A stretch of DNA of 64,000 bases from Thermoplasmata archaeon (GTDB lineage: Archaea > Thermoplasmatota > Thermoplasmata > Methanomassiliicoccales > Methanomethylophilaceae). Position 1 is the first letter of the stretch. Every line of letters begins with the position of its first letter. Positions 33,566-43,414 of the stretch are shown here, piece by piece. The stretch spans positions 42,791 to 106,790 of the forward strand of contig SUTA01000001.1 in NCBI GenBank assembly GCA_015063135.1, read 5' to 3'. The notes beneath the pieces were generated by a model that was given only the letters and a program-made list of their open reading frames with translations, was not told the DNA's origin and did no database searches. The translations under genes were made by a program, and so were the position numbers.

Positions 33566-34225
33566 TCGCATCTTCTTGAAGCCGCGGAACATCCACTCGA
33601 AGATGCTCTTGAAGCCGTACTTCAGCGTTCTCAGCACCCCGCGGTCTCCGCTCACGACCTCACGGGGGGCGTCGGACATGATGAATGCTACTGCTTCCTG
33701 CCACGTAGAGATGGTATCGGGCATGACGATGTAGCTGTCCCCTATCCTCGGCGGGGCGTGGGCATCGCTGCCGGCGGTGATCGGCTTCCCTATCTGCTTC
33801 GCCAGCTTCATCGACCTGCGGTTGTCCCTCTTGACGGACCTGCCGTTCTTGCCCTCGGTCCCGTCGAAATCGTAGGCGAGGGTGTTCTTCTCGCCGAGGC
33901 CGGACCACCAGCGATACGGGTGGGCGGCTATGGCGTAGCCGCCGGCCTCGTGGATCCTGTCTATGGTCTCCTGGATGGAGAGCCCGCGGGGGATCTGCCT
34001 GTCGATGCCCAGGGCCACGATGTGCCCCTCCTTCGACGAGACCTCCTCCGCCGGGATGATTATGACCTGCGGATTGTCCTTCAGCTGCTCGTAGGCCAGG
34101 AACTCGTTGTGGTCGGTGACGGCTATGCAGCCTATGCCCTTGGCCACGGCGGTCTCCACCAGCTGTTCCATGGTGGTCTTCCCGTCCTTCGAGAAGCATG
34201 TGTGGACGTGCAGATCGGCCTTCAT
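33566..34225 (-). CDS. PHP-domain metal-dependent hydrolase
   Basis: DLHVHT, VTDHN, AHPY, GSDAH. Ends RGFKKM-CGA. Confidence 0.85.
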
Positions 34226-36471
34226 GCCACGTCTGCTCCGTCTGTGATGTCGGACTCCACGGTCATGACGCAGCCCTTGCCGTCGCCGAAGACGACGACC
34301 TCGTCACCGTCGATGACCGCGGCCACCCTCTCAGGGGCGCCCTCGGGCAGCTCGATGTCCTTCCCGAGGAACTTGCCGTCCTTGACCCTGGCGACCTTGA
34401 TGGTCACCTTCTCGAAGTGCTTGACCTCGATCCTGGAGGAGGACACCTCCATGCCGCAGTTGACCTGGGTCCCGTTGGGGACGTCGCAGGAGGGCTTCAG
34501 GAGCAGGACCTTGTCCCCTCCCAGCGCCTCGTCGTCGGCGGCCATGAGCATGCCCTCGGACCTGACGCCGCGGAACTTGGCGGGCTTCAGGTTGGAGATG
34601 ACCAGCAGCTTCCTGCCCATCATCTGGTCGTACGGGTAGTGCGACTTCAGGTTGGTGACTATCTGCCTGGGCTCCCCCTCGCCGAGGTCGATCTTCAGCA
34701 CGTACAGCTTCTCCGCCTCGGGGTGGTCCTCGACTGAGACGACCTCCCCGACGCGCACGTCGATCCTCCTGAAATCTGCGAACGGGCCCGCCGGCTGCTG
34801 CGCCTGGGGCTCCGCCTTCTTCGGCTCCTCCTTCTTCTCGGCTTCCACTTTTATCTCCACCTTCTTGTAGACGGGCACAGGCTCGCCGAGGGCCTGGCCC
34901 TCCGCGACCGGCTGGGTAGCGGCCTTCAGGCCGGCCTCCTCGATGGTGCCGGGGCACCCGAGGTAGCCCCAGATCCTCTCGGAGGAGCGGGGCATGTAGG
35001 CCCATGACATGATGCTCAGGGCCTTGACTACCGTGAGGTTGGCGCTCATCACGGCGCCGCAGCGGTCCTTGTCGCTCTTGACCAGGGCCCAGGGCTGCTG
35101 GGCGTCGAAGAACCTGTTCCCGTAGTGGGCCAGCTCCATGATCGCCTTGATGCCCTTCTTGAAATCGCACTTGGACACGCACTCGGAGTACTCCGCCACC
35201 GCCTTCTCGATCTCGGCCATGACCTCCGCGGTGAGGGCGGGGTCGGCCTTGGGGACGCAGCCGAAGTTCTTCTTCGTGAAGCTAAGGCACCTGTGGTAGT
35301 AGTTGCCCAGGGCGGCCACGAGCTCGGTGTTGACCTTCGTCGCGAAGTCCTCCCAGGAGAACTCGGAGTCGTGGGTGTCCGGCATGATGGCGGACAGGTA
35401 GTACCTGATTAGGTCCGCGTCGTACTCCTGCAGCACGGACGGCACGTCGATGGCGCCGCCGCGGCTCTTGGAGAGCTTCCCGCCGCCGATCATGAGGTAC
35501 TCGTTGGCCGGGATGTCGTAGTAGAGGTCCATTCCGCCGACCCCCATAAGGATCGCGGGCCAGATGATCGAATGGAATGGGATGTTGTCCTTCCCGATGA
35601 AGTAGTAGTGCCTGACCTCGGGGTCCTGCCAGAACTCCTTCCAGTAGTCGGGCTTGCCGATCATCCTGGAGTACTCCACGGATGCGCTGAGGTACCCTAT
35701 GACGGCGTCGAACCAGACGTATATGACCTTGCCGTCCCAGCCCTCGAGGGGGATGGGCACCCCCCAGGACATGTCCCTGGTGATGGCCCTGTCGTGGAGG
35801 CCCTCGTCCAGCCAGTTCTTGGTGAACGCCTTGACGTTGGGCCTGATATAGTCCTTGGATGAGATGTAGTCCTGCAGCTGGTCCCTGAAGGCGGACAGCT
35901 TGAGGAAGAAGTGCTCGGTGGGCCTGATCTCCGGGGTCGTGCCGCAGAGGGTGCAGTAGGGCTGCTTCAGGTCGCCGGTCTCGAACGTGGTCCCGCAGGA
36001 GTCGCACTGGTCGCTCCTGGTCTTCTCCGCCCCGCAGTTGGGGCAGATCCCCTCCACGTACCTGTCGGGCAGGAACTTCGCGCACTTGGGGCAGTAGTAC
36101 TGGTCGGTCTGCTTGGTGTAGATGTACCCGTTGTCCCTCAGCCTGAGGAAGATGTCCTGCGTGACCTCGAAGTGGGTGGGGCAGTGGGTCTTGTTGTACA
36201 GCGTGTACTCTATGCCCAGGTCCTCGATGGCCTTCTTGTTTATCTCGTGAAACTTGTCCGCATAGGCCTCGGGCGTCATCCCGTTCTTCTCAGCCGAGAC
36301 GGTGATGGGCGTGCCGTGCTGGTCGGAGCCTCCGACCATGAGCACCTCGTTCCCGATCAGGCGGTTGTACCTGCTGAAGATGTCCGGGGGGAGGAGCGAG
36401 CCGGCGACGTGGCCGAGGTGGATTGGCCCGTTGGAGTAGGGCCAGGCGATGTTGATGCAGACTTTCGACAT
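34222..36471 (-). CDS. metG: Methionine--tRNA ligase with C-terminal tRNA-binding domain
   Basis: PYSNGPIHLGH, Zn knuckles, YVWFDA, KLSKS, Trbp111-like domain. Confidence 0.95.
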   Translation of the reverse strand: MSKVCINIAWPYSNGPIHLGHVAGSLLPPDIFSRYNRLIGNEVLMVGGSDQHGTPITVSAEKNGMTPEAYADKFHEINKKAIEDLGIEYTLYNKTHCPTHFEVTQDIFLRLRDNGYIYTKQTDQYYCPKCAKFLPDRYVEGICPNCGAEKTRSDQCDSCGTTFETGDLKQPYCTLCGTTPEIRPTEHFFLKLSAFRDQLQDYISSKDYIRPNVKAFTKNWLDEGLHDRAITRDMSWGVPIPLEGWDGKVIYVWFDAVIGYLSASVEYSRMIGKPDYWKEFWQDPEVRHYYFIGKDNIPFHSIIWPAILMGVGGMDLYYDIPANEYLMIGGGKLSKSRGGAIDVPSVLQEYDADLIRYYLSAIMPDTHDSEFSWEDFATKVNTELVAALGNYYHRCLSFTKKNFGCVPKADPALTAEVMAEIEKAVAEYSECVSKCDFKKGIKAIMELAHYGNRFFDAQQPWALVKSDKDRCGAVMSANLTVVKALSIMSWAYMPRSSERIWGYLGCPGTIEEAGLKAATQPVAEGQALGEPVPVYKKVEIKVEAEKKEEPKKAEPQAQQPAGPFADFRRIDVRVGEVVSVEDHPEAEKLYVLKIDLGEGEPRQIVTNLKSHYPYDQMMGRKLLVISNLKPAKFRGVRSEGMLMAADDEALGGDKVLLLKPSCDVPNGTQVNCGMEVSSSRIEVKHFEKVTIKVARVKDGKFLGKDIELPEGAPERVAAVIDGDEVVVFGDGKGCVMTVESDITDGADVA

Positions 36472-36675
36472 TTGGACCGCGGGGGGCATCACCTAGGTCG
36501 ATATAAAATAATGCTGGGCGCACGGGTGCGCGCGCAACCTATCCGGGATGCGCGGGGCCTGGCATCCCGCGGGGCCGGGACGCCGACCCGGGGTCGGACT
36601 GGCATACGGACCGCCCCCTCCTGTAATAGTTCGCGTGTGCGGAACCCTTAAAACAGATACGGCAATCCAGCAGGC

Positions 36676-37959
36676 ATGACTAAGGAAGACGCCGCATTCA
36701 TTCGCGACAAGGTCATGGCCCACAACAAATGGTTCGAGGAGTGCATCCCGATGATCGCATCCGAGAACCTCATGAGCCCGCTGGCCAAGGAGATGCTCAT
36801 CTCCGACTTCGCCGACAGGTACGCCGAGGGCCTCCCCGGCAAGCGCTACTACCAGGGGAACATCTACGTCGACCAGGTGGAGCTCAAGGCCATCGAGCTG
36901 GCAAAGAAGGTCTTCAAGGCCGACTTCGCCGACGTCAGGCCCATCTCCGGGACCGTCGCCAACATGGCCGTCCTCTTCGCGTTCGCCAACCCCGGCGACA
37001 CGATCACCACCTGCGCCCTCGCCCAGGGTGCCCACATCTCCACCTGCGAGTTCGGCGCATTCGGCCAGAGGGCCGTCAACTCCGTCAACTACCCCTTCAA
37101 CGTCGAGGACATGAACCTGGACGTCGACGGCACCATCAAGCTGCTAAAGGAGGTCAAGCCCAAGATCGCCCAGTTCGGCCTCTCAGTCTTCCTCTTCCCC
37201 CCGCCGCTCAAGGAGCTGCAGGACACATTCAACGAGGTCGGGTGCCTGGTATGGGAGGACTGCGCCCACGTCCTCGGACTCATCGCCGGAGGGCAGTTCC
37301 ACGACCCCCTCAGGGAGGGCGTGAACATCGTCTCCTCCTCCACCCACAAGACCTTCCCCGGCCCCAACCACGGGATGATCCTGGGGCAGAACCTCACCGA
37401 GGAGCAGGAGAAGGCCATCCAGAAGGCGGTCTTCCCCGGAGTCACCTCCAGCCACCACCTCCATGCCATGGCCGCCCTTGCCATCACTCTGGCGGAGATG
37501 GACGTCTTCGGCAAGGAGTACGCCGCCCAGGCGTGCAAGAACTCCCGCGCCCTCGGGCAGGCCCTCTGCGAGCGCGGAGTGCCCGTCCTGTGCGAGAAGC
37601 AGGGCTTCACCAGGTCCCACGCAATCGCCGTGGACGTCTCCAAGTACGGCGGCGGCAAGGACTGCGCCAAGGCCCTCGAGGACGCCAACATCATCTGCAA
37701 CAAGAACATGCTCCCCCAGGACACCAGCGCCGTCAGGCCCTCCGGCCTCAGGCTCGGAGCCCAGGAGATGACCCGCATCGGCATGAAGGAGAGCGAAATG
37801 GACGAGGTCGCCGACTTCATCTACAGGGTCGTCGTCAAGAAGGAGGACCCTGCGAAGGTTAAAGAGGATGTTAAGGCATTCAAGAGGCAGTTCGCCACCA
37901 TCCAGTACTGCTTCAACGCAGGCGAGCCCGCGTACGGCTACCACAAGCTGGTGGAATGA
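36676..37959 (+). CDS. glyA: Serine hydroxymethyltransferase
   Basis: IASEN, YAEG, STHKTFPGP, SGLRLG. Confidence 0.93.
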   Translation: MTKEDAAFIRDKVMAHNKWFEECIPMIASENLMSPLAKEMLISDFADRYAEGLPGKRYYQGNIYVDQVELKAIELAKKVFKADFADVRPISGTVANMAVLFAFANPGDTITTCALAQGAHISTCEFGAFGQRAVNSVNYPFNVEDMNLDVDGTIKLLKEVKPKIAQFGLSVFLFPPPLKELQDTFNEVGCLVWEDCAHVLGLIAGGQFHDPLREGVNIVSSSTHKTFPGPNHGMILGQNLTEEQEKAIQKAVFPGVTSSHHLHAMAALAITLAEMDVFGKEYAAQACKNSRALGQALCERGVPVLCEKQGFTRSHAIAVDVSKYGGGKDCAKALEDANIICNKNMLPQDTSAVRPSGLRLGAQEMTRIGMKESEMDEVADFIYRVVVKKEDPAKVKEDVKAFKRQFATIQYCFNAGEPAYGYHKLVE

Positions 37960-37972
37960 ACAAGGTGATAAC

Positions 37973-38257
37973 ATGGGATTTCTTGACAAAGTCAAAGAGA
38001 CCGCGAAAGACGCCGACGAGAAGCTCGGTGACAGGATCGACATCGACAAGCTCGAGTCCAAGATCCGCGACGAGAAGCGCAACATCGAGAAGATCGTCAA
38101 GGAGATCGGAGACCTGTGCGTCGAGAACGCCAGGGCCGGCAAGGACACCACCATAGCCGACGTCAAGGACCAGATCTCCAAGATCGAGGAGTGCGAGAAG
38201 CGCATCCAGGAATTCCAGGCCCAGATCGATGAGATCAAGGCCAAGAAGTCCTCTTGA
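37973..38257 (+). CDS. Small coiled-coil hypothetical protein
   Basis: AAGGTGAT RBS before ATG 37973 (MGFLDKVKE...). Ends TGA. Confidence 0.7.
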   Translation: MGFLDKVKETAKDADEKLGDRIDIDKLESKIRDEKRNIEKIVKEIGDLCVENARAGKDTTIADVKDQISKIEECEKRIQEFQAQIDEIKAKKSS

Positions 38258-38265
38258 TTCTCAAC

Positions 38266-38285
38266 GGCGGGCCTTCCGGCCCGCC
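38266..38285 (+). terminator. GC hairpin after the glyA operon
   Basis: GGCGGGCC-TTCC-GGCCCGCC followed by pyrimidine-rich sequence. Confidence 0.5.
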
Positions 38286-38374
38286 TCCCAAACCGCTTTC
38301 CGATTTGTTGATTACTCCTAAAAATGTTTTTCCTATCCTTAATTTCATATAGTCCATAGATGCTCCCAGCATCC

Positions 38375-39058
38375 ATGACCACGATGAACCGCGAGGACTA
38401 TCTCATCAACATCCTCAGACTCACCGAGAACGGCAGCGTCGCCAAAACGACCGAGCTCGCATCGTACATGGGCGTCTCCCCCGCCAGCGTGAGCGAGATG
38501 ATCAAGGTCCTCTCCGCGGACGGTCTGGTCAACTACGAGAAGTACCGCGGGGTCACCCTCACCGACGACGGCATGACCTACGCGAGGCAGATCCGCAAGA
38601 GGCACCACGTCCTCGAGACGTTCCTCATGGAGTACCTGGAGCTCGACCATCAGGCCGCTCACGAGGAGGCCTGCAGGATGGAGCACGCGATATCCGACGA
38701 ATCCGCGAGGAAGATGTGTCAGATGATGGGCAGCAACGTGGATTCCGACTGCAGCAGCTGCCAGGAGCCCTGCAAGGCAGCGACCGAGGGCTCCAGCAGG
38801 TTCGTGGCCCTCAACACGCTGTCGAAGGATCAATCCGGCAAGATATCCTACATCAAGTCCGATGACAACGAGCTGGTCAAGAGGATCGTCTCCATCGGAA
38901 TCGTGCCCGGGAAGATCGCCACCCTCGACGGGATCATCTCGGACGGCGGCCCCCGCATGGTGAGGATCGGGAGCTCCACCATGGTCGTCGATTACGACAT
39001 GGCCGAGTGCATCTTCGTGGACCTGTCCCCGATATCACTTGTGCGCATAGACCAGTGA
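38375..39058 (+). CDS. DtxR/MntR-family metal-dependent regulator with FeoA domain
   Basis: EDYL, SPASVSEM, RHHVLE.FL, EACRMEH, C-terminal FeoA-like region. Confidence 0.85.
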   Translation: MTTMNREDYLINILRLTENGSVAKTTELASYMGVSPASVSEMIKVLSADGLVNYEKYRGVTLTDDGMTYARQIRKRHHVLETFLMEYLELDHQAAHEEACRMEHAISDESARKMCQMMGSNVDSDCSSCQEPCKAATEGSSRFVALNTLSKDQSGKISYIKSDDNELVKRIVSIGIVPGKIATLDGIISDGGPRMVRIGSSTMVVDYDMAECIFVDLSPISLVRIDQ

Positions 39059-40708
39059 GACCCTGTTGCCGCTCTTGGACTCGATCCTCGCGAAGCCGGT
39101 CCTCTCGAGCTGCACCATCTCGTTGCCCTCGGAGAGCAACGCCTTCTCGACGAGCCCCTTCTCGACGGTGCCGTCCGGCATCAGGAGCTCCGCATCCACC
39201 GCGTCGGCGCCGACCCACTGGACGGCCCTGACGCCGGTCTTCAGCAGCGCGACGTCGTTCCCGATGTAGTTGGCGGGCTTCTCGATGTTGCAGAGGTCCT
39301 TGAGCCTGATCTTGCCGGCCTCCTCGAAGAGCGCGGAATCGGTGTCGCTCAGGTAGACGGTCCTGGGCGCCTCCAGCCTGTACTCCCTCATGCCCCTCTC
39401 GGGGTGGTCGGGGTGCTTGGGAGCGGCGCCCTCGATGACGTCGATGCCGCCGATGTCGTACCTCACCGGGTTCCTTACGAAGAAGAACCTGTTGCTCTCG
39501 GGGTCGATGATGTCCCTGTTCATGCCGAACAGGTTGTCCCACGAGAACTGGATGTCGACGGACTTGATGCCGGACTCCACCCAGTACTTCCTGATGGCCT
39601 CCGGCCTGATGCCGCGCCTCTCCATCGCCCTGACGGTCCCTGTGCGGACGTCATCCCAGCCGCTGTACTCGCCGGCCTTGATGCTCTGCTTTATGAGGGA
39701 GGTCTTGAGGACGGTATCGGGGATGTTGACCAGCCCGTAGTGGTAATAGACGGGCTTCTTCCATCCGAAGTAGTCGAAGATGTACTCCTGCCTGAAGGTG
39801 TTGTTCAGGTGGTCCTTGCCGCGCATCACGTGGGTCATCCCCATCTCGTGGTCGTCGATGGCCACGGAGAGGTTCATCATCGGGTAGGCGACGTACTTGC
39901 TACCGGTCAGCGGGTGCGGGTGGTCGACCAGCCTCAGGGCGACGAAGTCCCTGACGGCGGGGTTGGGATGGGCGATATCGGTCTTGACGACGACGATGGC
40001 CTCTCCCTCCGCATATCCTCCTGACATGAACCTGTCGTAGCGCTCCAGCTGCTCCTCTATGGGGAGGTCCCTGCAGGGGCAGGCCTGCTTCTTCTCCTTC
40101 AGCTCCCTCCAGTGGTCTGCATCGCAGGTGCAGACATAGGCATGGCCCATCTCCAGGAGCTTCCTGGTGTAGCCGTAGTAGAGCTCGAACCTCTCGGACT
40201 GGATGAACCTCTTGGTGCACTTCACGCCTAGCCAGTCCAGGTCCTCGGGGATCATGTCGTACGCGTCCGGGTCGATCTTCTCGGGGTTGGTGTCCTCGAA
40301 CCTGAGGACCAGGTCCCCGCCGTACCTCTTGACGTACTCGTCGTTGAGGATGGAGACGCGGGTGTGGCCGATGTGGAGGGGGCCTGAGGGGCCTGGGGCG
40401 ATGCGCATGGTGACGCCGCCGTCGACGCTGTCGAGGTCTGGCAGGTCGTTCCTGCGCTCCTTCTTCTCCTTCACCAGCATGCCGGAGTCGATCTCCGCCA
40501 GCGCCTTCGTCTGGGCCTCCAGGCCCATGGCGTTGACCTCTTGGACTATCTGCTCGATCAGAGGGGTGATCTCCGCCGCCCTGGGCCTCAGCTCCGGGCA
40601 GCCGCCCAGGATCTTCCCGACGACCGCCTTAGGGTTGGCGGTGCCTTTGTAGAATACAGCGTTCTGAAGGGCGAATTTCCTGATCGTCTCCTCGACCGAA
40701 TCGGACAT
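39035..40708 (-). CDS. gltX: Glutamate--tRNA ligase (archaeal type)
   Basis: RIAPGPSGPLHIGH, FEDTNP, THVMRGKDH, QLERTGF. Confidence 0.93.
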   Translation of the reverse strand: MSDSVEETIRKFALQNAVFYKGTANPKAVVGKILGGCPELRPRAAEITPLIEQIVQEVNAMGLEAQTKALAEIDSGMLVKEKKERRNDLPDLDSVDGGVTMRIAPGPSGPLHIGHTRVSILNDEYVKRYGGDLVLRFEDTNPEKIDPDAYDMIPEDLDWLGVKCTKRFIQSERFELYYGYTRKLLEMGHAYVCTCDADHWRELKEKKQACPCRDLPIEEQLERYDRFMSGGYAEGEAIVVVKTDIAHPNPAVRDFVALRLVDHPHPLTGSKYVAYPMMNLSVAIDDHEMGMTHVMRGKDHLNNTFRQEYIFDYFGWKKPVYYHYGLVNIPDTVLKTSLIKQSIKAGEYSGWDDVRTGTVRAMERRGIRPEAIRKYWVESGIKSVDIQFSWDNLFGMNRDIIDPESNRFFFVRNPVRYDIGGIDVIEGAAPKHPDHPERGMREYRLEAPRTVYLSDTDSALFEEAGKIRLKDLCNIEKPANYIGNDVALLKTGVRAVQWVGADAVDAELLMPDGTVEKGLVEKALLSEGNEMVQLERTGFARIESKSGNRVSLVYAHK

Positions 40709-40946
40709 GGCGCGGTGATTCTGGTGCTTATATTAATAGTCGCGGAGGCGCGTTGGGCAGTACCATGATTTCCGATGGAAACCCCCATATATCGGTCATT
40801 CCGCATTATGATGCTCGGTTTTCGGCGGTTTTCCTGCTGCACTATAAAAAGCAAACGCAGCGCAGAGGGCTGATGGACCGGTCCGATAGGCGGCTACGTG
40901 ACCGCACGGTGCCCCGCTCTTATAGGAGCGCAGGGCGTCTTCCCTC

Positions 40947-41828
40947 ATGAACGGCGAGAACCGCGGTTTGAGGGCCGATGCGGCTGCCAAGAGATTCCTT
41001 CACAGGAGGAGCATCCTGGCTTCCATCATCGGCGGCCTGGTGGACGAATGCAGGGGCATGCCCCGCGCGGAGGTCGAGGCATGCCTCGGGGACGGGGAGT
41101 ACGTGGAGGGGCTGGAGAACGACTGCCCCTGCATCCCCGGAAGGGAGGACACGGTGTTCGAGGCGGTGCTGCCTCTGCCGAACGGGGAGCGCATCGCGCT
41201 GATGATCAACATCGAGCCCCAGGACGACTGCTCGTCCCTGGACGACATCTACGAGCGGGCCAAGGACTACATCTCCGACCTGAGGACCAGGCAGTCCAGG
41301 CACTACGAGGGGAGGAGGAGTTCCCCCGACAAGCTTAAAGTACGTCTGAGGGCGATGAACGTCTGGATACTCATGTCCCCGCGCGCGGACCTGAGAAACA
41401 GCATACACGTGCTGGGCGACGAGGACCACGTGTCCTACGCCCGCGGCGCCCCGAAGCTCGAGATGCGGGACGTGGACACCAAGGTGCTGGTCTGCCTGGG
41501 CGACCCCGAGGAGGACGGCGACTACGAGCCTCTCCCGGAGCTCCTGGAGGCCCTGGACTGGTCCATGGCCAGGGGGATCGACGACAGGAGGCGCGTGGAG
41601 AAGCTGTCGGAGCTGGGGTACGAGGTCGACAAGGAGATGGAAAGCGAGGTCATAGGGATGAACAGCATAGAGGCGGACAGGGAGCGCAGGGCCAGGAGAG
41701 AGGGGAAGATCGAAGGCAAGATCGAGGATGCCAGCAGGATGCTGGCCGACGGCATGCCGGAAGACAAGGTCCGCCATTATACCGGCTTGACCGAGGAGCA
41801 GATGGAAGAGGCCAGGAACCTTCATTGA
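40947..41828 (+). CDS. Rpn / PD-(D/E)XK nuclease-transposase-like protein
   Basis: DAAAKRFL...ILA, INIEPQ, and tail REGKIEGKIEDASRMLADGM...YTGLT typical of Rpn/PDDEXK_2 proteins. Confidence 0.55.
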   Translation: MNGENRGLRADAAAKRFLHRRSILASIIGGLVDECRGMPRAEVEACLGDGEYVEGLENDCPCIPGREDTVFEAVLPLPNGERIALMINIEPQDDCSSLDDIYERAKDYISDLRTRQSRHYEGRRSSPDKLKVRLRAMNVWILMSPRADLRNSIHVLGDEDHVSYARGAPKLEMRDVDTKVLVCLGDPEEDGDYEPLPELLEALDWSMARGIDDRRRVEKLSELGYEVDKEMESEVIGMNSIEADRERRARREGKIEGKIEDASRMLADGMPEDKVRHYTGLTEEQMEEARNLH

Positions 41829-42034
41829 CACAATGAACCCTTCCATTCCAGCTCATTTTTCGTCTTTTGGATTGAATTCTGCATGTCCGTCGGGAACCGG
41901 GCGGGAACAGGCACCTGCGGAAACAATAGTGCATTCCAGGCGACCGCCCCCGATTTCATGCCAGGTCCGCCGACCCGGATGCCGCGGTTCCGCAAGTGCG
42001 CGGTTATAACTACATAGATGGTCATGCCCCCCGC

Positions 42035-43303
42035 ATGACAGTAATCGACTCCGTCCCGAAGGACGCTAGGAGCATCAAGGGCGACGTGGACCCCGACTGC
42101 GGGCAGGTCACCCGCGACCTCATGGCCGATCAGGCCCAGACGATCCTATACGAGTCCCTCAACGGCGGGAAGGCCGTGGGCAACAGGTTCTCCACCCGCG
42201 CCAAGATCGCGTCCGCCCTGGGCATCCCCGCGGACGGCATCGTCAACCACCTGCTCCAGGCCGTCGACAGGCCCCAGCCCTGCGAGGTCACCGGATCCCC
42301 CGCGTTCAAAGCCAGATGCATTCCGGTCGACCTCATGAAGCTGCCCATCCCCACCTACTTCCCTGAGGACGGCGGCAGGTACATCACTTCCGGGATCGTC
42401 GTCGCGGAATACGGCGGCAAAAGGAACGTTTCCTTCCACAGGATGATGATCATGGACTCCGGGTCCATCGCCATCAGGCTGGTCCCCAGGCACCTGTTCA
42501 CGCTGTACAACAACGCCAAGAAGGACGGCAAGGAACTGAACATCTCCATCTGCATCGGAGCCTGCGCCGAAGCCCTGCTCGCAGCCGCCACATCCATGGA
42601 CTTCGGGGCCGACGAGCTTGAGGTTGCCTCAGCCATGTGCGTCAAGGGCCACGGGAAGCCCCTGCAGGTCGGCAGGTGCGACAACGGGCTGCTCGTCCCG
42701 GCGGACACCGACTACGTCCTGGAGGGCAGGATAACCCTCGAGGAGGCCAAGGAGGGGCCCTTCGTGGACATCACCGGCACCTACGACTTCGAGAGGATGC
42801 AGCCGGTCATCAAGATCGACAAGGTCTGGACCTGCGAGGACCCCGTGTTCCACCTGCTCCTCCCGGGCGGGTGGGAGCACTTCCTGCTGATGGGCCTCCC
42901 CAGGGAGCCCATGATACTCAAGACCGTCAGGCAGGCCGTGCCCAGGGTAGCCAACGTCAGGCTCACCGAGGGCGGATGCTGCTGGCTGAACGGAGTGGTC
43001 TCGATCAAGAAGAACAAGGAGGGCGACGGCGTCAACGCCATCATGGCCGCCTTCACCGGGCACCCGTCCATGAAGCAGGTCATCATCGTCGACGACGACA
43101 TCGACATCTTCGACGACAGGCAGGTCGAATGGGCCGTCGCCACCAGGATGCAGGCCGACAGGATCCTGAAGGTCCCGGGTGCCGCGGGCTCCTCCCTGGA
43201 CCCCAGCAGCCACGGCAAGACCACATGGAAGGTCGGCTTCGATGCCACCATCCCCCTGGACGCCGACAGGTCGCTGTACGTCAAGGCGGTCCCGAAGCCG
43301 CGA
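42035..43303 (+). CDS. UbiD-family decarboxylase (possibly anhydromevalonate phosphate decarboxylase)
   Basis: DGGRYITSG, EGPFVD, VDDDID, VEWAVATR, SSLDPS, FDAT. 422 aa when ended at CGA 43301-43303. Confidence 0.8.
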
Positions 43304-43414
43304 ATCGATGCTCGATTGACTCGCGACCGCAGACGACTGCGGCGTATCGGGCGGTCAAATACCTTGCCGTCTCGTATACCATCCGCGGCGATACGAACGC
43401 CGCAGGATGGTAAA

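Noticed and set aside
36515-36650. GC-rich hairpins between metG and glyA as an ncRNA
   Set aside because: Short stems are expected at this GC content, and there are no tRNA or known RNA features.
39021-39058. Possible CGA end of the DtxR regulator (TCCCCGA)
   Set aside because: The CGA is out of frame as sequenced. The gene ends at TGA 39058 with a 24-nt overlap of gltX, so it was not counted as a CGA stop.
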